DNA of 57,498 nucleotides, filler included, from Squatina squatina (taxonomy: Eukaryota): NCBI GenBank assembly GCA_031763465.1. It is 3 parts of 3 records of this genome, joined end to end, with 100 filler letters (N's around TTAATTAATTAA, not from the genome) between each part and the next. Parts side by side here need not be neighbours in the genome. Positions count along the whole stretch, not along the records: positions 12,909 to 29,635 come from JARFOE010000219.1; positions 29,736 to 57,498 come from JARFOE010000194.1; 1 more part is not named here. One strand, written 5' to 3'. How positions within the stretch are numbered: the stretch's first letter is position 1; every line of letters begins with the position of its first letter. The translations under genes were made by a program, and so were the position numbers. The notes under the pieces are model-generated. The model was not told the origin of the DNA and did no database searches. It saw nothing but the letters and a program-made list of their open reading frames with translations. Of the stretch, positions 24,358 through 34,992 are shown piece after piece.

Positions 24358-26122
24358 GTAAGATAATCACTTCTGTCCAAATATAAATTTTCTTTATTTA
24401 AATCCAGTAGTGCCAAGAAATGTGTTTTGATGCCCAGTATTTAACTGTTTCATGGAGAATGTGACTCTGGTGTCTGCTCTAATTTGTTTAAAAACTTTAG
24501 ATATCTTATACACACATATTGAAGTATTTCCCTCCATCTTTTGTTGCTATTGTTCATATTTTTCATCTGTACCACTCACACACTGTGCTATCTGTCTTGT
24601 GCTTAATGCCTGGCATGCACCAATAAAACCTACAGTTCATCAGCTCTTACTGAACATTGCTTGGACAAAGACAATAAAAAAAACTGTTTGGTAAGATGCA
24701 CAAAACTACAACCTTAGCTGGTCCACTGTTTTCACTAGTTTTGGTTACAAGATGTTCACTGTCAGTGGTCTGGACAGTACAATGGATTAGAATATTACCT
24801 TTTCTGTGGAACCTAGGTTAAAATCCAGTTTCAAATTCACACTGGATGCAAAACTGTGTTATTAAGTGATTTTGAGAAATCAACCCATTTCCTAGGGGCC
24901 ACAGATTCAATAATATTATTGCAGTAGGACCACTTCTCAATATGATTATTATGACACCATGTGTTGTTTAAACCATGCTTCACCTTTCTCATTGCTCCCA
25001 CTCATGGTAGTGCTGGATTGCTATGGCTCACTGGTATTGCAAAGTGATATAACAGTCACACTGTATACTGTTGGTTGTTTACATTAAAATAATATTATTA
25101 CCAAATAGGCTTTGTATCATATTGTAATACCGANNNNNNNNNNNNNNNNNNNNNNNNNNNNNNNNNNNNNNNNNNNNNNNNNNNNNNNNNNNNNNNNNNN
25201 NNNNNNNNNNNNNNNNNNNNNNNNNNNNNNNNNCACTAAGCCGCATTTTAAGTTCCCATGTGATTTTAAGTGCTAAAAAAACATCAAAATGTGGGCATTT
25301 CAAATGCTGGCTAACTTGTGGTTCTAAGAATGCTAGCGGGGCCGCAGGATAACAGAGTGTTACATTTTACAGAAGATTCCAGAAACTGTTAGACTTGCAG
25401 CAAAGAATGGGCAATATGCTGCAGGCTTTCAATTTGTATCTGACTTGGTGGTGAAGAATGGAGGAGCGTTGATGACACTGGACAAAGAAGTGCTAAAATT
25501 TAGTCCGTTGAATAACTCGATAAATAAAAATCTTGTCTTACTTAAAAAATTACATGGAATGTAGTTAACCTCACTGCAATGTTTTAATTGTTTAAGCAAA
25601 ATAAATCTAAATTATTTTCCAAATACTTTCAAGCATCAGGTGTCTCTGGTTCATTCCATATTTTTAAGTTGTTGGCAAAATTGATTAGCTTAATGGTTGA
25701 TTTCAGTATTGAAGCAACTTCGGTGGATTAGATACACTGGGGATCCATGCACTGATTCTAATGGGACTACACACATTTCTCCCCAGTTTTACATTACATC
25801 TCTCATGGGTATCCACTGTTTCTTATTTAGTGCCAGTGACAGGCATAATGCCGATTTGCAGTATTTTTTTTAAAAAGAAATAATGGAGATGTAGACAATA
25901 GATGTATTAGTCAGACCAGAATCTAAAACACTATAGTATGCAACAAACATCTAAATATTTAAGGTTTTGACGACTGTCAATACCAAACCTTCAAAACAGG
26001 ACTACAGGAAACTTAACTGTAACTGGGAGTTTCTGGGTAATGTACTGTTAAGGGAGTTTAACTGTATTACGTTGGTCCTGGCACATAACTGTACTCATTT
26101 GACACAAAACTAACCATTTCTA

Positions 26123-26230
<108 letters not shown>

Positions 26231-27100
26231 CTAGACAAACAAGCATGGTGAGATCAGTGCAGTCTCTAATTACTAGATTCAATGAAAACAAAATGTATTT
26301 ATTTTTTTTCATATTACATTGATGTCATCACCCTTTTCAGAATCTGAATGTGTGTAAAGTCTCCATGCATTGCAAATTCCAAGTTGTGCTGTCCCAGAGA
26401 TTCATAGCATCTCAGTAACTCATGCTATCATGATGAAGTGTTAGGTAGCAAAACAATGGTTTAAACTGGCATAGAGCTAAAGAATGCCTCAGAAATTAGA
26501 TAAAAGGCAGAAATATTAATTTGATTCAAACAAATACCATTCAGCAAACAGCAAATATTTGTACATATCATCCAGTATGCTTTCCCGATTCCCCTACCCT
26601 ACGAGACGATGAAAAGCTACTCCTGACAGATGATTCATAGGATCGCTTAGACATCACAGGGCTGCGAGGAGGCTTACCGACAATAGCTACATTTGTCCTC
26701 AGTCCAGTCTGTAAGAGCCACAAAGTGCAATCAGACTGCCTAGAGTTAAAGTTATTTTGAAAGAGCAAAGACCACTGAAGGAAAATTTAGTCAAGTTACA
26801 AATACGACGTCGTACAAGAGCTGGAAATGCAAAGTCCAACTGGAATTTTATAACCTAATTCAAATAAATTTAGTGCAAAGTGGTATTGGTTTCCATAAGA
26901 CACTAAACTTGTGGAGTGCAGATAAAGTACCAAAGCCCAAAATGACTCCAAGTGAATCAGAATGAGACTATCTCCTCCAGGAAGTCTCACTCCCTCTTTG
27001 TTTCAAGTTTGGTCTGACTTTGGATTGAGGCTGCAGTAACGCAATAACTGCAGCACTGGTGTAAAGTGAAGCCACTTTGCACCAAAGCTACAGTTATAGT

Positions 27101-27811
27101 GGGGCCCAATTGGTGTGCTTTCATGCCTGGCTTGGCGCTACCCGGGCGTGAAATCAGCGTAGTGTGAAAAAAAAAAATCAGAAACTGTTCAATTGGATCT
27201 GGTGCCCTGACGACGTTGAGGTTTCGGTGTTGGCGTCTGTGTCGGACGTGCGACATTACATCACGCGCTGATCCCTCTATGCCTGCCTGCAACCCCCCCT
27301 GTACACCGTGGGGACGCAGCCTCTGGATTTGGAGGCCAGCTGCCCCGCGACCTCACTGTCGTTGGCAATGGCAGGTTTTCCCTGTTGTTGCCAAGGTCGT
27401 TAAAGACGGGTGTCCTACGGTGGCGGCCGCCATCTTCAAACATCAGCTGACTATATTGTGTGGCGCCCACTCATCCCAAAAAACTGTTCCTTCCCCCTGG
27501 TGGTATGCCGGCACATTTTGGATTAGTTTCCTGGGTCCCTGGCGGTGTAGTGACCCTGGGTCCCCTGTGGCCCTTGCCTTTAAGGCAGGGGACAGGTCCG
27601 TGGCTTGCCTGCGCAGTTGCGCCGGCAGTGATGCGGCATTGTCCGGGTCAGCGTCGTGGCAATGCCGGTTTAACGTTGCCAAGTTACAGACCCGGACTGG
27701 TGACTAAGTTACCAAGGCAAAATCCCAGTGCCTCGCTATCGGCCCGGTGCATCCCCAGCTGTGGAATCGCGAAGGCTGCCGACCATTTCGGGCGACTCAA
27801 ATTGGCCCCCC
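27101..27811. mobile_element. GC/CpG-rich non-autonomous DNA transposon (MITE-like) with imperfect terminal inverted repeats
   Basis: Starts GGGGCCCAATTGG and ends CAAATTGGCCCCCC (reverse complement GGGGGGCCAATTTG). There is a sharp GC step against AT-rich flanks, and the overlapping ORFs lack recognisable motifs. Confidence 0.6.
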
Positions 27812-28115
27812 ATAAATTTTTTTCCAAAAATTTCATTTTTGTTTATGACATTTTAATTAATTTCAAATATGTAATTTTTTTTACCTGTTATGTTAAATGT
27901 GTTTTTAATGTGATCCCCATTCATGCTATTGGGGATCCCATCCTTTCATTGTTTGGGCCAGCCCGCGTGATCCCGAGGCACTTGCAAACTGCATGCGCCC
28001 CGGGGTAAGTGGGCCTCTATGCATGTCTGCGCATAGAGGCCCAGGAGCGCAAGTCTCCGTAGATCCCGAGGCAGAAGATAAGCCCAGAGGAAGCCTGCAA
28101 CAGCAAATTCAGCCC
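27812..28115. mobile_element. Second MITE-like element, right portion
   Basis: The reverse complement of its end, GGGCTGAATTTGCTGTTGCAGGCTTCCT, matches 49348 GGGCTGAAATTGCGGTTGGAGGCTTCCT at 25 of 28 positions. It is followed by TAA. Confidence 0.65.
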
Positions 28116-29396
28116 TAAAGAACCTCCACACAAGTGCATTGCACTATGTGCTGAAAGTTTCATGTCTCAGATTCTACTCTAGAAAAGGTGAGTGGATCTA
28201 ATATCTTAAAATATATCATTTATGTTTTAAACTTTAATTATGACAAACATGTAAAATGCAGCACTCTCTGATCAAATTTGTGTTTACATCTTCTATTGCT
28301 ATTTATTGTTTCTGCCCAGTCATGAGAAAGGAAATTATGAATCTGCCCCATTGCTCTTGCTGGATGCCCTACAGTGTTAGTCAGATTTTTACCCAGGTCA
28401 GTAAGTACAGCTCTCTATGTAAGTGAAGCTGAAGGAGGAAGTAGAATCATTACTGGGTACATTGCACAACTGAAGAGTAATATATAAACAATATAAAGCT
28501 AGAAATAAACTCAAAGAAAGACCCTCAAAAGGTATGGCATGTTATAAAAATAATGTTAATACCATCTCCAACATGATGCATGTATAATGTTTAAAAAAAA
28601 GATCTGTTTTCATTTTATTTTGGCTTTTGTGAATAAATTGAGGCCTCATCATTTCTTTTCATTATATTTCATTATCCTTTATTAGCTTGCAAATCATAGA
28701 ATATAAATCGTGGAAGAGACTGAGCTGCTGAAATTGATACAACCTGGTAAATTATTTCAGTTAAAATGAAAATGTTGTGCTGACTTAGTGTGTAGTAATT
28801 TACTGTACTGCCGTACTGGATCCAAGAGTAGTGAGATGGGATACATGACTGCCAAGCAATAAGTTCTTGATTATGACCAGATGATTGAGAGATGCCAAGT
28901 GGAAATCAGATACTTCCCAGAAAGAGAAGAGGAAAATCAGTGGATGATTTTATTTAGAGCTGTTTTTACATAGTGATTGCTTATTGAGCAACATAGGCAG
29001 ACACCTGGGAGCCTCTCATTGGCCACACTGTTGACTTGGGTATGGGGCATGACACAAGGATGGGGAGTATTTACAATACATTAAAAATGATAAAAGCAGT
29101 AAAATGTTCTGATCAGTAAATTCTCCATGAATCAAAGAAAAATAAAGAGTGAAGCGGCACCTGACACACATTAGCATTGGACCTTACCTTAACAAGCAGG
29201 TCCAAGTGTACATCTAGTTCCCTCCCTTAGTTTGGACATCCAAGGTCAAACCTCAGTCTCATCCCTTAATCAGGAGATCTGAGTCTTCACTCTCAGCTAA
29301 GCAATCTAAGTCTGAATTCCAGTCAGGTGGGTTGGTCTTCTTTAACTTTTCTATTGACAGCTGGGAAATCTATCCAGAAAGGGTGCCTTGTCCAAC

Positions 29397-29635
29397 CATA
29401 AGAAGTAGGAACAGGAATAGGCCATTCGGCCCCTCGAGCCTGCTCCGCCAGTCGAATGGATCATGGCTGATCCGACATTCCTCAAGTCCACCTTCCTGCC
29501 CTTTTCCCGTAACCCTTGATTCCCTTACTGATCAGAAATCTATCGATGAGCCTTAAATATACACAAGGACTCAGCCCCTACAGCTCTCTGTGGCAAGGAG
29601 TTCCAAAAACTCCCAAACCTCTGAGAGGAGAAATT
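29397..29635 (-). mobile_element. CR1/HER1-type 3' end
   Basis: CATAAGAAGTAGGAACAGGAATAGGCCATTCGGCCCCTCGAGCCTGCTCCGCCA..., running into the ORF2 end (FLLSEVWEFLELL-like). Confidence 0.88.
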
Positions 29636-29735
29636 NNNNNNNNNNNNNNNNNNNNNNNNNNNNNNNNNNNNNNNNNNNNTTAATTAATTAANNNNNNNNN
29701 NNNNNNNNNNNNNNNNNNNNNNNNNNNNNNNNNNN
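29636..29735. other. Artificial scaffold-joining linker (N44-TTAATTAATTAA-N44)
   Basis: Identical to 12809-12908, with the 12-mer at 29680-29691. Confidence 0.95.
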
Positions 29736-30587
29736 CTCAGATGGTTTAGATGTTCCTTTTGGAAAATATGTATCCCTAGTTTGAAAATTTGCCATTTGGA
29801 TCCAATTGGTGCTGAACATTTCTCTGGTAGTCCAGTGCATCTACGTTCCCATGGCACCATCCACTTTTGAGGTTGTCTACAGCAACTTTGCAACCACTTT
29901 TGTGGTTTTCTGTTGGATCTTTGAATGGAGTCAGTCTGGTCTCTATGGTGATCTAGAGCAAAATCTGTCCAGAGTTGTCTTGAAAGTGTCTCCCTGCAGA
30001 CCCTTGCATATGGGTAGTTTTTTATTAATACAAACTAAAGATTCAAAATGATATAAAGGCACGAATTAAGAGAGTCAAAATTAAGTCAAGTGCTAAGCTG
30101 TTGAGATGGCCACTCAAAGTACAAAAGCTATCAGTAAAATATGCTAGTCATTATCTCTCATTAGGCTAAATGGAAATGCATATCTTTGGAGGTCACTGGC
30201 TGCCTTTAACCATTTGGCTGTGACGCAACTGGAAGCGTGCCATGTTGATACCTGGTTTGCCTCATGATGTGCTGATTAGAAGAGGCAGATGAACAAGATT
30301 AAAAATCAAAGCTTTGTACCACAATGAAAAGAAAACTTCTTCACTAATAAACAAGTGCACTCTGTGAGGCAGCAAACTGATTGATGTACGAGCAACATAT
30401 CAGTAAATGCATGGAGCATTTACATTTCTTCACAATTTGCTTAATAAACCTCCAAATGGTGCTGTTCAATCTAAGTCACCCACATTCTGAAGGTGGTTGG
30501 CATATATTAACTGTCAAGGCTTTTTGTCTTCTAACATGTAATGCTTCACCAAGATGACTGTTGCAAAAATGAGAAAAATTAGAGACT

Positions 30588-30743
30588 GGGGGCCGAAATT
30601 GAGCTTTTGTAAAGTGCCATTAGCGGTTCCAAGGGGCATTAATGGGATGTTAAAAAAAATGGCGCCGGGAGGCGGCCATCTCGCAACCCCCGAAATTCAG
30701 CTGGGGTGCCAAGGCCTTTGCACCGTGCGGGGCAGTGTGTGAC
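30588..30743. mobile_element. Left end of a GC-rich MITE-like element
   Basis: Begins GGGGGCCGAAATTG and is GC-rich up to the gap. Confidence 0.55.
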
Positions 30744-31856
30744 NNNNNNNNNNNNNNNNNNNNNNNNNNNNNNNNNNNNNNNNNNNNNNNNNNNNNNNNN
30801 NNNNNNNNNNNNNNNNNNNNNNNNNNNNNNNNNNNNNNNNNNNTGTTGCGAATTTAATTTATAAAATACAAACCAATTATTCAAAATTAGCATTAAATAA
30901 TTGCATAAGTAATTTTGGAATTATTGAATTTGGGGTAAATATTAATTTGAAGTGGAAGAGATAATTTAATTTCAGGGACTTACGTCTTGGTCCCAACCAA
31001 CATAACAATTTACAGTCTAATTTATAACTAATAAGACATGATAACCATTTTTACCTTTCCTGACATCAATAATGATAGGATATGGTAAGTGTGAAGAAGG
31101 TCAGACTCACCCCCATTGTTATCTATCACTTGTACAGCCTACTAATCACTAATAAATGACTGATGCAGAACATTTTGAAGCAGCCTTACTTCCCTTAGTC
31201 ATCCATTAGCACTGCGTGAACTAGCAATACATTATCATTTAGCTCTAACAGATGCATTAGAGTGGGATTCCATTTTTCACAATTCTGACTTCAGACCGAA
31301 TTGTTTATGTGGCCATACCACGTTCTGTCACAGGCTTTGTCATGAAGTAGAGGACAATGAGCAGAAATTACATTTGGTGGTAGCCAAATATTTCAACTAG
31401 CTCAAGGTCACATATTCCAGAACCTGCTGGAGGCTCCACTATCGCCACGACTACAAAATGACCATTCGCTCATTTTCAAATTCTTAATCTAATTGACCGA
31501 TTTGGAAATAGTCCCCACGTGCCAACTAGGTAGAAAATATGACTAGGTAATCAAGCTGCTAATGTGTTATATGAAGTAATTACCAGATTGGAGATGGATT
31601 TCAATCTAAACTGTGGTGAAAAATTAATAAAACTGTGATGAATTATTTAGTATCTAAATGTGGTAGAAGAGCAAAGGGATCTCGGAATACAAATACACAA
31701 ATCACTAAGATTTGTGTTGTGGATCATTTCGAGATACTCGACACGAGACAGGAGTANNNNNNNNNNNNNNNNNNNNNNNNNNNNNNNNNNNNNNNNNNNN
31801 NNNNNNNNNNNNNNNNNNNNNNNNNNNNNNNNNNNNNNNNNNNNNNNNNNNNNNNN

Positions 31857-32090
31857 TGGCCATTCAGTTACAGGGTCAGTGGTACAGTGGCCATTCAGTT
31901 ACAGGGTCAGTGGTACAGTGTCCATTCTATTACAGGGTCAGTGGTACAGTGTCCATTCTATTACAGGGTCAGTGGTACAGTGTCCATTCTATTACATGGC
32001 CAGTGGTACAGTGTCCATTCTATTACAGGGTGAGTGGTACAGTGTCCATTCAGTTACATGCTAGAAGGGCAATGGTCATTCTATTACATC
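31857..32090. repeat. 31-bp minisatellite, about 6 intact units plus degenerate units
   Basis: Head-to-tail TG(G/T)CCATTC(AG/TA)TTACAGGGTCAGTGGTACAG units start at 31857, 31888, 31919, 31950, 31981, 32012 and 32043. The array runs out of an N gap. Confidence 0.95.
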
Positions 32091-32593
32091 ACTGTAACAA
32101 TTGCCTCTGTTACATACAGTCATGGCCAGTTTCAGATCTGGCCAAGTGCCTTTATTCTGTTTTGGACAGACAGCCAACCTCTTCCTATCCATCCTCCCAC
32201 TTTAGTTGTGCGGCTAAGTGTATTTTGTTTTAAAGCTCAATTTTATAACTTAGCAATAAAGGTACAACACAGAAATGCATTATCTTTGCAGTATTGTGTA
32301 AATAACTTTCTTTGCTTTTGTATCAAAATAAATCTGTAACCCTTGAAGTTAAATATATGTCGTAGGATTTACTGGAATTATCAGATGATTCAAATCAGAC
32401 TGCATGGTGCTGAGGCAGCCATTATTACCAGTGCTTCTTGTCGCGATACAGAATGATGTCAGTTTGTATACACAACTGTTAGGTGTGTTGGGGGGTCATG
32501 AGGTTTCCAGACATTTGTAGCCAATGCCATCAAATGCTTTCTGACTGTTTTCCTCCCCTCCAAAACGACCAGTCATAAACCGGCATTTGTAAG

Positions 32594-33047
32594 AAGAAAG
32601 TCTTGCATTTATATAGCATCTTTTCCGACCTCAGTGCCCTTTACAGCCAATGAAGTACTTTTGAATTGTAGTCACTGTTGTAATGTAAGAAACACGGCAG
32701 CCAAATTGCGCATAGCAACATCCCACAAACAGCAACGTGATAATGACCAGATCATTTGTTTTTAGTGATTTTAGTTGAGGGATAAATATTGGCCAGGACA
32801 CCAGAGGGAACTCCCCTGCTCTTTGAATAGGGCCACGAGATCTTTTACATCTACCTTTTAGAGGGCAGCCAGACCCTGGGTTCAGCAGCTTATCCAAAAA
32901 ACGGCACCTCTGACAGTACAGCACTCCCTCAGCAATGCACTGGAGTGTCAGCCTAGAACTTGCGCTTGTGTCTCGGGAGTGGAACTTGAAACCACAACCT
33001 GCTGACTTAGAGGCGAGAGCACCACCCACTGAGCCACAGCTGACACA
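32594..33047 (-). mobile_element. Near full-length tRNA-derived DeuSINE (SacSINE1-like)
   Basis: On the minus strand: tRNA-like head TGGCTCAGTGG...GTTTCAAGTTCC, a central Deu-like domain (GATGTAAAAGATC...GAGCAGGGGAGTTCC...GGTGTCCTGGCCAATATTTATCCCTCAA...CTGGTCATTATCAC...TTGGCTGCC), and an L2-like tail GCTATATAAATGCAAG. Confidence 0.88.
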
Positions 33048-34609
33048 GCAAAATGAGGTTGGTTGGCTGCAGCCCAGTATTGCTAGAACGTAGACCCAAA
33101 TTTCTATTTTCAATGGGACCAAAAATTGGCCGATTCGCTCGTGCCCATTTTACACTATCGCACAGAGTTGGAATTGGGCCCTCAGATAACTGATCAGGGA
33201 GTTTTGCTTCCTCGTGTNNNNNNNNNNCGTAAAATCTTTCTGCGCACTGTTTACAATGCTGTGGTTACCTCTGGTAAATGAGGGCTTTGAAAAAGAGGCA
33301 GCAAGAAAGTTGGCCTGAAAACGTTAAGCAAAACTCTGCCCGAGGAAATGAAACCTCTTGCCTGCTTTCTGCAGTTTCCAGTATTACAGAAGATACCCAA
33401 GTCTCGCATAGCGAACGATACCACAGGACAGCTTTGCAGTAGAACATTTTATGTGTGCACTATTTCTTAAGATAAATCGATCCACAATTTTGAAACGGTT
33501 GAAAGGTCTTAAAGCTTAATTGCGCTCATATTTTCCTCTCTACGCAATGGTACGTTTTGCATTGTAATTATTGATTTATTATTAAAATAAAGTATGAAAG
33601 ATGCTAAAGCTTGACAAGTTTGGTGTTTCTTGTTATTCCTGTGTTTTTTTTAAAGTAAACATTTTTTAGTTTTGCAATGCAGGCATTGAAGTCATAGTTG
33701 TGCAGATTCTATTTCATTCAAGGGGAAAAAAAAAGTTCGGCAGGGGTGATGGTAAGAAAAAAAAATGCCCGAACTGCAAAGCGTAACCTTTTCTTCGTGG
33801 TAAAATACCAGTCGGTTTCCTGCTGGCTTCAAGACCTCCTTTCACCAACTAATGGTCTGAATGAGATCGGCTTCTGAAAAGAACTAGTGCAAATTCGCTG
33901 CCCAACCTCTCCTGAGAATAGGATGCATTAATCTGAAACATGAGGAGAATTGCTAACAAGAAAACCCACCCCAAATCCTCACTGAGCTGTAATTCAAATC
34001 CTCTGGGTTTTTTTTAAAACTTGTGGAAATAGAAAAGCATTGATTTCTGCGATTTTCAACTGTTCATGGTATATTAATCTTTTGCTTTTAGTAAAACAGA
34101 AATTATATAATTTTTTTCGGGTTGCTGTGCAAAGTCAAGCATCTGGATTATATTGCTATTTTATGTCAATTCTCCAATACTGTATATTTTTTCATTAGGC
34201 AGCTCAAAATATGCTGTATTGATTCATTCCTTTCTGCCCCAAGCCAGTCGTTATGCACTCTAATTCCATAATTGAATATTCCATCTGGAATTTTCCTATA
34301 AAAAGGAATATGACTATTGACTTATTCATTGATCTCTTTCAGCACCCAAATGGATAATAAGGAATGATTAAATATTCTCATTGTGCATTTATTATTTAAG
34401 AGAGAAAATGTGTCATCAGTGCTAACAACTATAAAAACGAAGATGTCTTATAGGCTACCCGNNNNNNNNNNNNNNNNNNNNNNNNNNNNNNNNNNNNNNN
34501 NNNNNNNNNNNNNNNNNNNNNNNNNNNNNNNNNNNNNNNNNNNNNNNNNNNNNNNNNNNNNGATGGCACAGCTCTGTAATGATCTCCCTTGAGAAGCGAA
34601 ATCTTCCAA

Positions 34610-34992
34610 CACATAGCTCCTCAGATAAGTTGAGGAACCAGAATTGTTGATGGAATATCCTGCGGGGGTAAGGCCTCCTCTACACATTGGCATGACTCCT
34701 TCCTCTACCTTCCCCCTTTTGATGGTGTCGAGCTGGTGGGGCTGCTCATGAATATCCTGCCGGGCTGCTCATGGGGCGGTGCGCAAGGTGATGACATCAC
34801 AATCACAGTGTGCCTCCGGTATCAGCGCCGCGCCGGCCCACAGAGGCGTCTCCTCTGGGCGCTTCCACAAACCAGGCCATGAATCCCCTGTGAGGCGATC
34901 CCTGCACCACCAGCATGAAAAAACACCTTAACACTCTGGGGGCACCTCCAGCGGCGTGGATCAGGTGCCAAGAGTAAATTAATTTTGCCCCC
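34610..34992. mobile_element. GC-rich MITE-like element, right portion
   Basis: CpG-rich stretch ending AATTTTGCCCCC and followed by TTA. The left boundary is approximate. Confidence 0.5.

Noticed and set aside
27216-28008. Overlapping 163-aa and 182-aa ORFs as a novel gene or CpG-island promoter
   Set aside because: Multiple open frames on both strands reflect high GC. There are no protein motifs or splice structure, and the region is bounded by MITE-like termini.
28171-28187. 17-nt micro-exon (tctcag|ATTCTACTCTAGAAAAG|gtgagt)
   Set aside because: The donor is good, but the length is not a multiple of 3 and it does not resemble the expected next NPAS exon (NPEYKD...). It is unsupported without RNA data.
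31857-32090. CRISPR-like array of 31-bp repeats, or a repeat protein
   Set aside because: Units are head-to-tail with no unique spacers, there are no cas genes, and the context is vertebrate. The ORFs arise only because the unit lacks forward stop codons.
32631-33122. 163-aa ORF
   Set aside because: It is a chance read-through of a SINE.
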